DNA of 64,000 nucleotides from an uncultured Actinomycetes bacterium (GTDB lineage Bacteria > Actinomycetota > Thermoleophilia > Gaiellales > Gaiellaceae), in the NCBI GenBank assembly GCA_963728765.1, contig CAVSKX010000004.1, positions 470,137-534,136 on the forward strand. Direction: 5' to 3'. This document shows positions 34,646 to 48,008 of this stretch, piece after piece (the stretch's first letter is position 1; each line of letters opens with the position of its first letter). The notes beneath the pieces are model-generated. The model was given only the letters and a program-made list of their open reading frames with translations. It did no database searches and was not told where the DNA came from. A program made the translations under genes and the position numbers.

Positions 34646-35386
34646 TCAGGAAGCGAGAGTCCGGAGGCGGAAACCGCCGTGGTACTCGTACGACGAGGTG
34701 ATGACGCCCAAGGCCTCACGCGCGCCACGCGCGGTGAGGCCCGCATCGTGCGCCTCGGCGAGCGGCCGTCGGAGCAGGCCCTCGATCCCGAGCACGCCAT
34801 CTCGCGAGAGCGGTAGCGCGCCGCTCGCGCAGTCGCGGCAGACGGCCCCGCCTGCCCGAGGCGAGTAGCCGGTGAGGCCGGTCTCGGCGCCGCACTCGGC
34901 GCAGCTCGTCACGTGCGGCAGGTATCCCGAGAGCCAGAGCAGCTTGAGCTGAAACGAAAGCACGAGCGGATCGGCCGGCGGACGCCCGTTCTGCGGCTGG
35001 AGCTCGTCGAGGAGCTCGAGGAAGCGTGCGAGCGCGTGGAAGGCGCGCTCGTTGGCTTCCTGCTCGGGGAACAGGCGCAGCATCGCCTCGGCGGCGACGA
35101 GCCCGACGTTCAGACGGTACGGCTGTTCGCGGGCGGCGTGGTGCGAGCGCAGCAGCTCGACTCCGGTGACCGTCTGCAGCTCGCCGCTTCCCTGGTGAAG
35201 CTGCAGCTCGACATGGCTGAGCGGCTCGAGCCGCGCGCCAAACCGCGACTTCGTCTTGCGCACGCCCTTCGCTACAGCACCGACGCGCCCGCGGTCGAGC
35301 GTGTACAGGTGCAGCACGCGGTCGGCTTCCCCGAGACGGAACGAGCGGAGCACGACCGCCTCGGTCGTGTACGAGCGACCGGCCAT
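34646..35386 (-). CDS. recO: DNA repair protein RecO
   Basis: Starts at M23 of ORF 34646..35452 ([29 protein letters not shown]). Zinc motif CAECG ... CRDC. Confidence 0.85.
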   Translation of the reverse strand: MAGRSYTTEAVVLRSFRLGEADRVLHLYTLDRGRVGAVAKGVRKTKSRFGARLEPLSHVELQLHQGSGELQTVTGVELLRSHHAAREQPYRLNVGLVAAEAMLRLFPEQEANERAFHALARFLELLDELQPQNGRPPADPLVLSFQLKLLWLSGYLPHVTSCAECGAETGLTGYSPRAGGAVCRDCASGALPLSRDGVLGIEGLLRRPLAEAHDAGLTARGAREALGVITSSYEYHGGFRLRTLAS

Positions 35387-35451
35387 CCCGCTCAAGTGTA
35401 GGGCCGAGCCAGGCCGGGAATCGCCGCGGCTGCAAGCCGTTTCAACCGTCA

Positions 35452-35703
35452 ATGGCCAGGATCCAGATGTACACGACCCGCTGGTGCGGCTACTGCGTCC
35501 GCGCGAAGACCCTGCTCGAGTCGCGCGGGATCTCGTTCGAGGAGATCTCGCTGGACGACGACCCGGACTTCCGCCGGCGCCTGCTCGACCTCACCGGCGG
35601 GTGGACCGTGCCCCAGATCGTCATCGACGGCCGCCCGATCGGCGGCTACACCGAGCTCTGGCAGCTCGATCGCAGCGGCGAGCTCGAGCACCTCGCGGCA
35701 TGA
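35452..35703 (+). CDS. Glutaredoxin
   Basis: 83 aa with active site CGYC and TVPQIVIDGRPIGG. Confidence 0.85.
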   Translation: MARIQMYTTRWCGYCVRAKTLLESRGISFEEISLDDDPDFRRRLLDLTGGWTVPQIVIDGRPIGGYTELWQLDRSGELEHLAA

Positions 35704-35706
35704 AGA

Positions 35707-35728
35707 AGGCGGGGCTTTCGCCCCGCCT
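35707..35728. terminator. GC-rich hairpin between the convergent grx and mutM genes
   Basis: AGGCGGGGC-TTTC-GCCCCGCCT. On the minus strand it is followed by TCTTCA. Confidence 0.6.
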
Positions 35729-35791
35729 CCAACTTGACCCCAACTGTCCTCGAAGGTTCGCCTATCGCCGCTTCGATCTGCTTTCAAACGT

Positions 35792-36649
35792 CTATGCGTA
35801 TCTGTTGTGCGCAGGGCCTCGCAGGCCCTGACAAGCGGGGCAAAACCAGGTTCCACGGCCTGCTGCGCGGATCTTCTCGATCGGCCGGCCGCACCTTGGG
35901 CACGGCTCTCCCTCACGCCCGTAGACCTTGAATTCGTGCTGCATGCGACCGGTTCCGCCGTCGGGGGTGCGGTAGTCGCGAAGCGTTGCGCCCTGGCGCT
36001 CGATACCCGCCTTGAGCGCAGCCCGGATGCCACGGTGGAGGGCGCGGAGCTCGGCGAGGTCCAGCTCACCGGCCGGCTGCTGCGGGTGGATGCGCGCCCG
36101 CCAGAGTGCCTCGTCGGCGTAAATGTTGCCGACGCCCGCGATGCGCCGCTGATCGAGGATCGCCGCCTTTACCGGCGCGCGCCGGTTGGCGAGTGCCTCG
36201 CCGAGGCACTTCGTCGTGAATGCCGCGGCCAGTGGCTCCCCGCCGAGTCGTGTGGCCAGGTACGGCTCGACCTCGTCTGGCTCCGCAACGAGCCAGGTTC
36301 CGAAGCGCCGGACGTCGCGGTACACGACGTCCGATCCGTCGTCTAGACTGACAACAGCACGCCGATACGGGTCGGCCGCGAGCGGCGTCCCGCGCCTGAC
36401 GTGCAGAACGTTCCCCGTCATCCGGAGGTGGATCAGGAGAGCCCGACCAGTCTCGAACCGAACAATCAGATACTTGCCGCGGCGATCGACGGCCGCGACC
36501 CGCTCGCCCTCCAGCTCGGCCGCGATCTCGATGCGGTCAAACGGGCGCGTTAGCCGCGGATCGGAGATCTCGACGCTCTCGAAGGTGCGGCCGACGAGCA
36601 CCGGCTCGAGCCGGCGACGGACGGTCTCGACTTCTGGAAGCTCAGGCAC
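35792..36649 (-). CDS. mutM: Formamidopyrimidine-DNA glycosylase
   Basis: GTG 36649 gives (M)PELPEVETVRRRL. Also H2TH and the C-terminal zinc finger CPRCGRPIEKIRAAGRGTWFCPAC. Confidence 0.9.
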   Translation of the reverse strand: MPELPEVETVRRRLEPVLVGRTFESVEISDPRLTRPFDRIEIAAELEGERVAAVDRRGKYLIVRFETGRALLIHLRMTGNVLHVRRGTPLAADPYRRAVVSLDDGSDVVYRDVRRFGTWLVAEPDEVEPYLATRLGGEPLAAAFTTKCLGEALANRRAPVKAAILDQRRIAGVGNIYADEALWRARIHPQQPAGELDLAELRALHRGIRAALKAGIERQGATLRDYRTPDGGTGRMQHEFKVYGREGEPCPRCGRPIEKIRAAGRGTWFCPACQGLRGPAHNRYA

Positions 36650-36710
36650 CGCACCAGGGTAGTCGGCGGCATCCGGGTAGACGTGCCTGGTTGAGCCGTG
36701 GCCGCAGCGC

Positions 36711-38009
36711 CTAGGCGAGCACGTCGAGAACGACCGACCGCTGCTGCGGTGGCTCGTCCGCGATCGTGTAGGCGGCGGCGACCTCGCGAGCCCCCTCTTC
36801 AGCGGCAGCGTTGCTCGCAGCGTGGATCTCCGCCAACGGCTCGCCGGCAGCGATCCTGTCCCCGCGCTTGCGAAGGCACACGATCCCAACGCTGTGGTCG
36901 ATCGTTTCGTCCTTCGTGCGGCGGCCAGCGCCGAGGTGCAGGGCCGCCTGCCCGACCGCGACCGCGCCGAGCGCGCTCACGTAGCCCTCGCGATCGGCTT
37001 CGACCGTGAAGACGACAGGGGCAACCGGGAGTACGTCTTCGGTGGGGTGGCCGCCCTGCGCGCTAATCCACCGCTCGTACGCCTCGTAGGCGGTGCCGTC
37101 CGCGATTGCCTGCATCGCGCGCACGCGCCCCTCGTCCACGTCGATGCCGAGGTCCGAGACGGCGAGCAGTCGTGAGCACGCAGCCAGGACGAGCTCGAGG
37201 AAGTCGGCCGGGCCCTCGCCGCGAACGGTCGCGATCGCCTCGCGGATCTCAAGCGCGTTGCCGACGGCGCTCCCGAGCGGCTGGTCCATGTCGGTCAGGA
37301 GGCAAACGACCTCGCGACCGGCGCGGCCGCCTAGATCGATCATCGCCTCCGCCAGCGCACGGGCGTCGTCGAGCGATTTCATGAAGGCGCCGTCTCCGAC
37401 CTTGGCGTCGATCACGATCGCGTCGGCTCCACCCGCGATCTTCTTCGACATGATGCTCGCCGCGATCAGCGAGTAGTTGTCGACCGTCGCGGTGACGTCG
37501 CGAAGCGCGTAGAGCTTCTTGTCGGCCGGCACGAGGTCCGCGCTCGCGCCGATGATCGCCATCCCGGCGTCCTTGACCTGCGCAGTGAACTCGTCGGTCG
37601 AGAGCTCGACCCGAAACCCGGGGATCGACTCGAGCTTGTCGAGCGTCCCGCCGGTGTGCCCGAGCCCGCGGCCGCTCATCTTCGCGAACGGCACTCCGCA
37701 CGCGGCGACGATCGGCCCGACGGCAATCGACGTCTTGTCCCCCACGCCGCCCGTCGAGTGCTTGTCGACGACCTTGCGGCCGAGCGCGGAGTGGAGGTCG
37801 ACGGTGTCGCCGGTTGCGATCATCGCCTGCATCAGCGCGTACGTCTCTGTGCTCGTCAGGCCCCGGAAGAAGATCGCCATCGCGAGCGCGGCCATCTGGT
37901 AGTCCGGCACCTCCTCACGCGCGTAACCGAGCATCAGCTCGTTCCATTCCTCCGCCAGCAACGCGCCGCCGTCGCGCTTGCGCTCGATCAGCTCGCCAGG
38001 CCGGATCAT
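36711..38009 (-). CDS. deoA: Thymidine / pyrimidine-nucleoside phosphorylase
   Basis: 432 aa: VDKHSTGGVGDKTS and SGRGLGHTGGTLDKLE. Confidence 0.9.
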   Translation of the reverse strand: MIRPGELIERKRDGGALLAEEWNELMLGYAREEVPDYQMAALAMAIFFRGLTSTETYALMQAMIATGDTVDLHSALGRKVVDKHSTGGVGDKTSIAVGPIVAACGVPFAKMSGRGLGHTGGTLDKLESIPGFRVELSTDEFTAQVKDAGMAIIGASADLVPADKKLYALRDVTATVDNYSLIAASIMSKKIAGGADAIVIDAKVGDGAFMKSLDDARALAEAMIDLGGRAGREVVCLLTDMDQPLGSAVGNALEIREAIATVRGEGPADFLELVLAACSRLLAVSDLGIDVDEGRVRAMQAIADGTAYEAYERWISAQGGHPTEDVLPVAPVVFTVEADREGYVSALGAVAVGQAALHLGAGRRTKDETIDHSVGIVCLRKRGDRIAAGEPLAEIHAASNAAAEEGAREVAAAYTIADEPPQQRSVVLDVLA

Positions 38010-38716
38010 CGCTCCGCCACGAACACCGTCGCGTAGGCGCCGGCGCGGAACGGCCCGTCGAACTCGGGCAGGGGCCGCGGCACCTCGGCGCTGAAGATGG
38101 TCGAGTCGACGTACTCGTGAACCGCGGCGGCGTCGGGAAAGACGAGCTGGGCGTCGACGTCTTCTCGTTCCACGCTGCGAAAGTGGCGGACGAGTTGCTC
38201 CGCGCCGTTCTCTCGCGAGAACGGCCGCTCCGCCTTCTGGTAGTCGACAAGTCGCCAGACCTCGGCCATGTGCGCTTCTCCGATCGTGACGGCGACGAGC
38301 TTCCCGCCGGGCTCGAGCACACGCGCGAGCTCCGCTAGCGCCCGGTCGACTTCTTCGACGTGGTAGAGCATCGCGTTCGCGACCGCGCAGTCGAACTCGC
38401 CGTCGTCGAACGGCAGCTCCTGGACGTCGGCCACGCGTGCGTCCAACCCGCGGTCGCGCGCGACCTCCACCATGCGCGGCGATAGATCCGTCGCGACGAC
38501 CTCCGCAGACGTCTCGCGCGCGAGGCGCTCCGCGAAGTTGCCCATTCCGCAGCCGACTTCCAGCACCCGTCGCGGCTGCGCCGCAACCACGGCCTCGAAA
38601 GCCGTGTCGAACGCGTCCGGCCCCTCGCGGAAGCGCCGCTGGAAGTCGCGCCTCACGGCAAGCCCGTCCTCGCTCGCGTACTGGCGGCGAACCAGCTCGG
38701 GGTCGTTCAGCCTCAT
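38006..38716 (-). CDS. Class I SAM-dependent methyltransferase
   Basis: Starts at M21 of ORF 38006..38776. Motif I VLEVGCGMGNFAERL. Confidence 0.8.
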   Translation of the reverse strand: MRLNDPELVRRQYASEDGLAVRRDFQRRFREGPDAFDTAFEAVVAAQPRRVLEVGCGMGNFAERLARETSAEVVATDLSPRMVEVARDRGLDARVADVQELPFDDGEFDCAVANAMLYHVEEVDRALAELARVLEPGGKLVAVTIGEAHMAEVWRLVDYQKAERPFSRENGAEQLVRHFRSVEREDVDAQLVFPDAAAVHEYVDSTIFSAEVPRPLPEFDGPFRAGAYATVFVAER

Positions 38717-39885
38717 CACTTCTCGAGGATCGGTGTCCCCGGGATGCCGCGGCCGGGCGCCTTGCCGCCGAGCCACGAATTGACCGTCGCGCCCACGTCA
38801 GCGAACTCGCCGTCCTCGTGGATCCGCCCGGCGGCGTTCCGGCCCTGCACGTAGGCCAGCAGGAGCGCGTGCTCGCGCGAATGGTCGGTCGAGGGCGTCG
38901 TCGGGTCGCAACCGTGATCGGAGGTCAGGATCAGCAGGTCCTGGTCGCGGAGCGCATCGAGGAGGTCGGGAAGCCGCCGGTCGAAGTCCTGGAGGCAGCG
39001 GTGGAAGTTGACGGGGTCGTTGCGGTGCCCCCAGAGCATGTCGGTCTCGACCAGGTTGGTGAAGACGAGCCCCTCGTCGAGCTCGCGCAGCAGCGTCTCC
39101 GTCTGCTGGATCCCCTCGACGTTGGACTTCGTCGGCCGAGACTCGTCGATGTCGCACCCGGCGAAGATGTCGGAGATCTTGCCGACGCCGTGCACCTTGT
39201 GGCCGGCCTCGCGCACGAGTGTGAGGTAGTTCGGTCGGCGCGGCTCGAGCGAGAAGTCGTGCCGGTTCGGGGTCCGCTCGTAGTTCCCGGGCTCGCCGAC
39301 GAACGGTCGTGCGATCACGCGCCCGACCGCGTGCTTGCCCGTGAGGATTTCTCGGGCGATCCGGCAGCCCTCGTACAGCTCCTGAAGCGGAATCGTCTCC
39401 TCGTGCGCGGCGATTTGGAAGACGGAGTCGGCCGACGTGTAGACGATCCACTTGCCGGTGTGCTGGTGCTCCTCGCCGAGCTCCTGGATGATCTCCGTCC
39501 CCGAAGCCGGCTTGTTGCCGAGCACGCCGCGCCCGGTCCGGTGCATGAACGGGTCGATCACGTCGTGCGGGAACCCCTGCGGGTACGTGGGGAACGGCGT
39601 CGGAGTGACGACGCCCATCAGCTCCCAATGGCCGGCGGTCGTGTCTTTGCCCTTCGAGCGCTCGAGCAGGCGGCCGGCGACCGCCGGCGCGCCCGGTTGC
39701 GGCGGACAGCCCTCGAGCGGCTCGACGTTTCCGAGCCCGAGCGCCTCGAGATTCGGCAGGTCGAGGCCGCCGACCGCGCGCGCGACGTTGCCGAGCGTGT
39801 CAGAGCCCTCGTCCCCGTACGCGTCGGCATCCGGGAGCGCTCCCGCGCCCACGGCATCCAGCACGATCACGCAGGCGCGCGGCAC
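38716..39885 (-). CDS. deoB: Phosphopentomutase
   Basis: 389 aa: [30 protein letters not shown]. Confidence 0.9.
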   Translation of the reverse strand: MPRACVIVLDAVGAGALPDADAYGDEGSDTLGNVARAVGGLDLPNLEALGLGNVEPLEGCPPQPGAPAVAGRLLERSKGKDTTAGHWELMGVVTPTPFPTYPQGFPHDVIDPFMHRTGRGVLGNKPASGTEIIQELGEEHQHTGKWIVYTSADSVFQIAAHEETIPLQELYEGCRIAREILTGKHAVGRVIARPFVGEPGNYERTPNRHDFSLEPRRPNYLTLVREAGHKVHGVGKISDIFAGCDIDESRPTKSNVEGIQQTETLLRELDEGLVFTNLVETDMLWGHRNDPVNFHRCLQDFDRRLPDLLDALRDQDLLILTSDHGCDPTTPSTDHSREHALLLAYVQGRNAAGRIHEDGEFADVGATVNSWLGGKAPGRGIPGTPILEK

Positions 39886-39890
39886 GCGGC

Positions 39891-39897
39891 TAATCTA
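39891..39897. promoter_or_regulatory. Overlapping divergent -10 boxes: TAGATT for deoB and TAATCT for the small + strand ORF
   Basis: Minus strand: TAGATT-AGCCGC-GTG (deoB start 39885, 6-nt gap). Plus strand: TAATCT-N9-ATG (39906). Confidence 0.35.
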
Positions 39898-39905
39898 TCT
39901 CGCTA

Positions 39906-40013
39906 ATGGACGCCGTCCTCGGACTGCTCGGCCTGACGGTCTTTATCGTGTGCGTGATCGCGCTCGCCGCTGGGACCACGTGGCTCGTCGTCAAGATCTT
40001 CCCCACGAAGTAG
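39906..40013 (+). CDS. Candidate 35-aa hydrophobic peptide
   Basis: MDAVLGLLGLTVFIVCVIALAAGTTWLVVKIFPTK. Below the ORF-track size cutoff. Nearly all codons end in G/C, as in real genes here. One TM segment. Confidence 0.35.
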   Translation: MDAVLGLLGLTVFIVCVIALAAGTTWLVVKIFPTK

Positions 40014-40027
40014 CGCTCCGGACCCGC

Positions 40028-41152
40028 TCACACTGGCGACAGCGGCAAGACGTCCTCGAGCGGGTGGAAGTCGAGCCCGTGCGCGTCCGCGACAGCCTCG
40101 TACGTGACCTTGCCGTCGAGCACGTTGACGCCGCGCGCCAGAGCGCGGTCACGCGCGACGGCCTCCGCAAGCCCGTGGCCGGCGATCGCCTCGACGTACG
40201 GCAGCGTCACGTTTGTGAGCGCCTTCGTCGACGTGATCGGAACCGCGCCCGGCATGTTCGCGACGCAATAGTGCGTTACACCGTCGACGACGTAGACGGG
40301 CTCGCTGTGTGTCGTCGGGCGCGAGGTCTCGGCGCTCCCGCCCTGGTCGATCGCGACATCGGCGAGGACGGCGCCGTCCTTCATCTGCGCGACCATCTCG
40401 CGCGTCACGAGCTTCGGCGCCACGGCGCCGGGGATCAGGACGGCGCCGATTACGACGTCGGCCTCCGCGACCGACTCCTCGATCTGCAGCGACGACGACA
40501 TCACGAGGCTGACCCGGCCCGACAGGATCTCGTCGAGGTGACGCATCCGGTCGACCGAGCGCTCGAGGATCGTCACGTTCGCGCCGAAGCCCAGCGCGAT
40601 GATCGCAGCGTTGTAGCCGACGATCCCGCCGCCGATCACGAGCACGCGGCCGGGCGCCACTCCCGGCACGCCGCTGAGCAGCAGGCCGCGGCCGCCAAGC
40701 GGCTTCTCGAGGAAGTACGCGCCGGCCTGCGCCGCCAGCCGGCCGGCGATCTCGCTCATCGGAGCCAGCAGCGGCAGCGCGCCGTTGTCCGTCTCGACCG
40801 TCTCGTAGGCGACGCACGCTGCGCCGCTCTCGGCGAGCGCTCGGGTGAGCTCCTCGCTCGCCGCGAGGTGGAGGTAGGTGAAGAGGACGAGGCCCTCGTG
40901 GAGACGTGGGTACTCGTCGGGCAGAGGCTCCTTCACTTTCAGCAGGAGCTCGGAATCGCGCCAGACCTCGTCGACGGACGCGAGCGTGGCGCCGACCGAG
41001 CTGTAGGCGTCGTCCGGGAAGGAGCTGCCTTCGCCGGCGCCTGTCTCGACGACCACGTCGTGCCCGCCCTGAACGAGCTCCCGCGCGCCCGCGGGCGTCA
41101 GCGCGACGCGGTACTCGTCGGACTTGATCTCCTTGACGACTCCGACCTTCAT
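40028..41152 (-). CDS. ald: Alanine dehydrogenase
   Basis: Starts at M17 of ORF 40028..41200 (MKVGVVKEIKSDEYRVALTP). NAD motif VIGGGIVG. Confidence 0.95.
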   Translation of the reverse strand: MKVGVVKEIKSDEYRVALTPAGARELVQGGHDVVVETGAGEGSSFPDDAYSSVGATLASVDEVWRDSELLLKVKEPLPDEYPRLHEGLVLFTYLHLAASEELTRALAESGAACVAYETVETDNGALPLLAPMSEIAGRLAAQAGAYFLEKPLGGRGLLLSGVPGVAPGRVLVIGGGIVGYNAAIIALGFGANVTILERSVDRMRHLDEILSGRVSLVMSSSLQIEESVAEADVVIGAVLIPGAVAPKLVTREMVAQMKDGAVLADVAIDQGGSAETSRPTTHSEPVYVVDGVTHYCVANMPGAVPITSTKALTNVTLPYVEAIAGHGLAEAVARDRALARGVNVLDGKVTYEAVADAHGLDFHPLEDVLPLSPV

Positions 41153-41237
41153 CGGGGCGAGAAACCCTAGCTTCTCGGCGCTTGGCCGATGTCGAGACAC
41201 GCCGTGGACGGTCCGTCACAGATCAGGCACGAAGCGT

Positions 41238-41332
41238 CACAGACACGTGCGGCGGCGCCGAATATGCTCGCCTCGGGGAGGAGGCCGGGCGAACCGTAGT
41301 GAGGAGCGGCCGAGAGAGAACGGGGTGGCAGC
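41238..41332 (+). promoter_or_regulatory. Bipartite intergenic element R2 with an extended tail
   Basis: CACAGACACGTGCG-N11-TATGCT-CGCCTCGGGGAGGAGGCCGGGCGAACC, then CCGTAGT ... GAGAGAGAACGGGGTGGCAGC, ending 15 nt from the upstream stop codon. Confidence 0.5.
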
Positions 41333-41347
41333 ATTGAGCTCGCCGCG

Positions 41348-42292
41348 TTACGCGCCAGCTGGGCGGAGCAGGCTGCGGGCTGCGACGCCTGCACCGTAGG
41401 CCGCCGCGAAGAAGTCCGGATCTTCGTCCGGCCCACGGCCCATGTGCGAGAGCGGCAGTCCCGCGCACGCCTCGCGCCAACCGCCCGATGGTTCCGCAAC
41501 CACGACCTCGCCGCGCACGAGCGCGAGCACGGCCTCTGTGTGGTGGGATCTCCCCCGGTGCCGGTCCCGCTCATCGGCGACGGAAATCCGCTGCGCGACG
41601 ACCGGCAAGCCGCCGAGCGAAAGTACCGCGTTCGCCGAGTCTGCAGCCGCGAGGCCGCCGTGGCCGAAGCGCGTCCCGGTCCCGACGATCCCCGGGCCAA
41701 CCGAGCAGACGGCTACGTCGTGCTCCCCGCGGGCCCAGAGAAGGGCCGAGGCCGGTGAGACGCATTGCACCTCCGCGTCGAAGCACGGCGCCACCGCCGC
41801 GGTCGAGGCCAGCAAGCCGCGCTCCCGCAGCGTCCGCACCGTGTCCGACAGCGACACCGGCAGTGCGCCGCCTGCGAGCTGCAGGTACGCGACGCGCAAC
41901 CCCTCCAGCGCCGCGCACACCGGCGAGACCTGGCTGTGGAGCGAGCAGCAGACGACCGGCATCCCCTCCAAGGCGTCCGCACTCTCCCCCGCCTCCTCCG
42001 CATGGACACGCGCGTGCTGGAGCGGCGTGTACGGCAGGACCATCACGTGCGCCCCTTCCTCGGCCGCGAGCTCGAGGCCGCGCGTCAGGTTCGCGTAGAG
42101 AACGTCGAACCCGCCGCTGCCGAGCTCGAGCTCCCACGCCTGCACGTTCACCAGCACCTCGTCCTCGAGCGCGACCGGCCCCGTGACCGTCGGGTAGGCG
42201 ACGCAGGCGACCCCGTCGACCTCCAGCCGTACGAAGGCGTCGTGCCGCTCGCGTATAGCGGTGACGCGGCCGCGCCGCAGGCTAAGCGCCAC
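41348..42292 (-). CDS. Conserved hypothetical protein (DUF3866-like, recalled from memory)
   Basis: 314 aa. N-terminal pattern RRGRVTAIRERHDAFVRLEVDGVACVAYPTVTGPVALEDEVLVNVQAWELELGSGGFDV. Confidence 0.6.
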   Translation of the reverse strand: MALSLRRGRVTAIRERHDAFVRLEVDGVACVAYPTVTGPVALEDEVLVNVQAWELELGSGGFDVLYANLTRGLELAAEEGAHVMVLPYTPLQHARVHAEEAGESADALEGMPVVCCSLHSQVSPVCAALEGLRVAYLQLAGGALPVSLSDTVRTLRERGLLASTAAVAPCFDAEVQCVSPASALLWARGEHDVAVCSVGPGIVGTGTRFGHGGLAAADSANAVLSLGGLPVVAQRISVADERDRHRGRSHHTEAVLALVRGEVVVAEPSGGWREACAGLPLSHMGRGPDEDPDFFAAAYGAGVAARSLLRPAGA

Positions 42293-43424
42293 CGTCGACC
42301 TCGCCGGCCGCCTCGACGAGCGCCAGCGTCACATCGACCATCTCGTACAAGTCCGCGACAGCGATCCGCTCGTCGGGCGTGTGGATGTCGGTCATCCCGT
42401 TCGCGAGGTTCACGCACTGCAGGCCGCGCTGATTGAACACGTTCGCGTCGGCGCCTCCGCCCGAGAAGATGTACGACGGCTCGCGCCCGACCCGCTCGAG
42501 CGCCGCCGCCGCGATCCGCACAGGCGCGTCGTCGCGGCGGAAGCGATATCCGGGCGACAGGCCCGAGACCTGCGTCTCGACCTCACACTCCTCCAGGCTC
42601 GCCGCGAAGGTGACGGTCTCGAGCATCTCGCGGATCAGGTCGGCGAGCTTTCGCTCGTCGTGGCTGCGTACCTCCGCGGCGAACTCGCACCATTCGGGGA
42701 CGACGTTGCGAGCCGTCCCACCCTGGATGCGTCCGACGTTCGCCGAAGTCTCCTCGTCCAGCCGTCCGAGCCGCAGGTCCGCCACCGCGCGTGCGGCGGC
42801 GGCGATGGCGGAGCGCCCGTCCTCCGGGAACATCCCCGCGTGCGCCGCGCGGCCGTGGAAGCGAACGTCGAGCTTCTGCTGGTGCGGCGCGCCCAGGATG
42901 ATCTCGCCGATCGGGCCAGCGTGGTCGTACACGTAGCCGAGCCGAGCGGCCAGCCGCGACTCGTCGAACGCGTCGGCGCCCATGAGGCCGACCTCTTCCT
43001 TCGGCGTGAACAGCAGCTCGATGCCGGGATGGGTCCGGCCGTCTTCGATCAGGCGCGCAGCCGCCTCGAGCATCGCCGCCACCGCAGACTTGTCGTCGGC
43101 GCCCAGGATCGTGCCGGTCGCGTTTCGCACCACCTCGTCCTCACCCACGACCGGCTCGATCGCCGCCTCCGGCAAAACGGTGTCGAGATGCGCGCAGAAG
43201 AAGAGGGGCTCGCCGGCACCGTTCGGCTCGAGCCGACAATAGACGTTCCCAATGGTGGAGCCGACCTTGGCACCCGCGTCGTCCTCGTCGGCCTCGAGCC
43301 CGAGCGCCGTGAGGTAGTCGAGCACGCGGTCAGCGACGGCGCGCTCCTCTCCCGGCGGGCTCGGCAGCGCCGCGAGCTCGACGAACGTCGCGAGTACATC
43401 GGATCCCCAATCAGGTCGGGCCAC
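42282..43424 (-). CDS. M20-family metallopeptidase (peptidase T / tripeptidase-like)
   Basis: 380 aa: FCAHLDTV, GADDKSAVAAMLEA, TPKEEVGLMGA, GRAAHAG. Confidence 0.8.
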   Translation of the reverse strand: MARPDWGSDVLATFVELAALPSPPGEERAVADRVLDYLTALGLEADEDDAGAKVGSTIGNVYCRLEPNGAGEPLFFCAHLDTVLPEAAIEPVVGEDEVVRNATGTILGADDKSAVAAMLEAAARLIEDGRTHPGIELLFTPKEEVGLMGADAFDESRLAARLGYVYDHAGPIGEIILGAPHQQKLDVRFHGRAAHAGMFPEDGRSAIAAAARAVADLRLGRLDEETSANVGRIQGGTARNVVPEWCEFAAEVRSHDERKLADLIREMLETVTFAASLEECEVETQVSGLSPGYRFRRDDAPVRIAAAALERVGREPSYIFSGGGADANVFNQRGLQCVNLANGMTDIHTPDERIAVADLYEMVDVTLALVEAAGEVDGGA

Positions 43425-43447
43425 TAGGCGATCGTAGACGCGCGCGT

Positions 43448-43453
43448 TAGATT
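43448..43453 (+). promoter_or_regulatory. Candidate -10 box (TAGATT) 6 nt upstream of the PAS gene ATG; leaderless
   Basis: TAGATT-CATCGC-ATG (43460). Confidence 0.35.
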
Positions 43454-43459
43454 CATCGC

Positions 43460-46689
<3,230 letters not shown>

Positions 46690-46697
<8 letters not shown>

Positions 46698-47571
46698 CCT
46701 CAGCGGTAGGCGTCGGCCACGGCGGGAGTGCGCCGTCCTCGGCGGACTTCTTCACGCCGTACTGCCCGGCGTCGGTTCCCGCGAGCAACAGGACCGTCCC
46801 CAGTCGCCCCACTCGCGTATCCACGTTGTCGACCGATGAGAGGCCCGCCTGCGCGAAGGCCTTCGTGGCCGAGTGCGCCGCGTCCGTCTGCTCGACGCCG
46901 ACCGCCGGGACGGCAACCGACCCGAGCCCCGAGTAGAGGCCAAGTAGGAAGCGACTCGTGGCACCGCGTTGGGGATCTGCGGTGCGTACGACGACGACGC
47001 CGTCGGCCGGCGCCTTGTTCGCGCCTTCGCGGTTCTCGACGAGCGCCGCGTTGAGCGAGTCCCAGAGCGGCGTGTCGCCGCCGAGCATCAGCTCCTGGCC
47101 GAGGGCACGGCCGAGGGCCTCGACGTTTTGCCTCCCGCGGAGCCCGACGGCCGCGGGCTGGCCCTTCAGCGCCGAGTTGAGCTGGCGCAGGTCGATCGGC
47201 ACCTTCAGCGCCCGCAGGCGCAGCTGCTGCGCGCCGCTGTCCAGGAACAGGCGGTTGATCTCCGAGCGGATGCCACCTTTGACGTCGCCGACGAAGACCA
47301 CCGCGATCTGCTTTCCGCGCAGGCGATTCTTCGCGAGCACCGGGTACGTCTCGTTGATGTACGCGAGTGCCGCTTGCTGCTCGCGACCGTCCAAGTTCGA
47401 CTGCGCGGCGTTCTGGTCGAGCTGGCGCTGGTACTTCGCGACCTGCTCTTCGAGGAACTTCGTCTTCTGGTTGTCGACAGGGCCGGAGATGCCGACGCCG
47501 ACGAGGATCCCGATGATCAGCGCCAGGAAGACGGCCGCGAGCGAGGCGACGTGATAGCGAAGGTCGAACAT
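46690..47571 (-). CDS. MctB/SteB-type membrane-anchored protein (copper transporter family, DUF3186)
   Basis: Starts MFDLRYHVASLAAVFLALIIGILVG. Positioned between steA and pyrG, as in other actinobacteria. Confidence 0.7.
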
Positions 47572-47576
47572 GTCAA

Positions 47577-47999
47577 CTAGAGCTCTGCGGCAGTCTGGCA
47601 CAGGGCGTGCAGGCGCCTGAGGGCGTTTCGCGGGAGCGAGCGGCGCAGGCCGACCAGGAACGGCCCACTGACGGTGAGGATCGCACGCGTGTGGTGGTTG
47701 CCGGCGTCCGCGAGCTCCAGCTCGACGTCGAGGCGCTCGCTCGTCATGTACCAGGTCACGCGCTTCAGCGGCTCGACCTCGAGTACGACCAGTGTCGACT
47801 CGACGCCCGGCCGGCGTAACAGGCCGGGCCGCATCGCCGCGTGCAGCTTCCAGCGTGCGGCCGGCGCCAGTCCCCGCCGATCGGGGGTGACTCCGGCGAC
47901 ACCCGGCCACCAGTCGGAGAAATGGTGCGGCTCGGCCAGGAAGAGCCAGACGTCCTCGAGGGGTGCGAGCAGCTCGCGGGCTTCAGCGTACGTGGGCAC
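47577..47999 (-). CDS. SRPBCC (START / polyketide cyclase-like) protein
   Basis: 140 aa: VWLFLAEPHHFSDWWPGV pattern. Confidence 0.65.
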   Translation of the reverse strand: MPTYAEARELLAPLEDVWLFLAEPHHFSDWWPGVAGVTPDRRGLAPAARWKLHAAMRPGLLRRPGVESTLVVLEVEPLKRVTWYMTSERLDVELELADAGNHHTRAILTVSGPFLVGLRRSLPRNALRRLHALCQTAAEL

Positions 48000-48008
48000 C
48001 TGGTCCTT

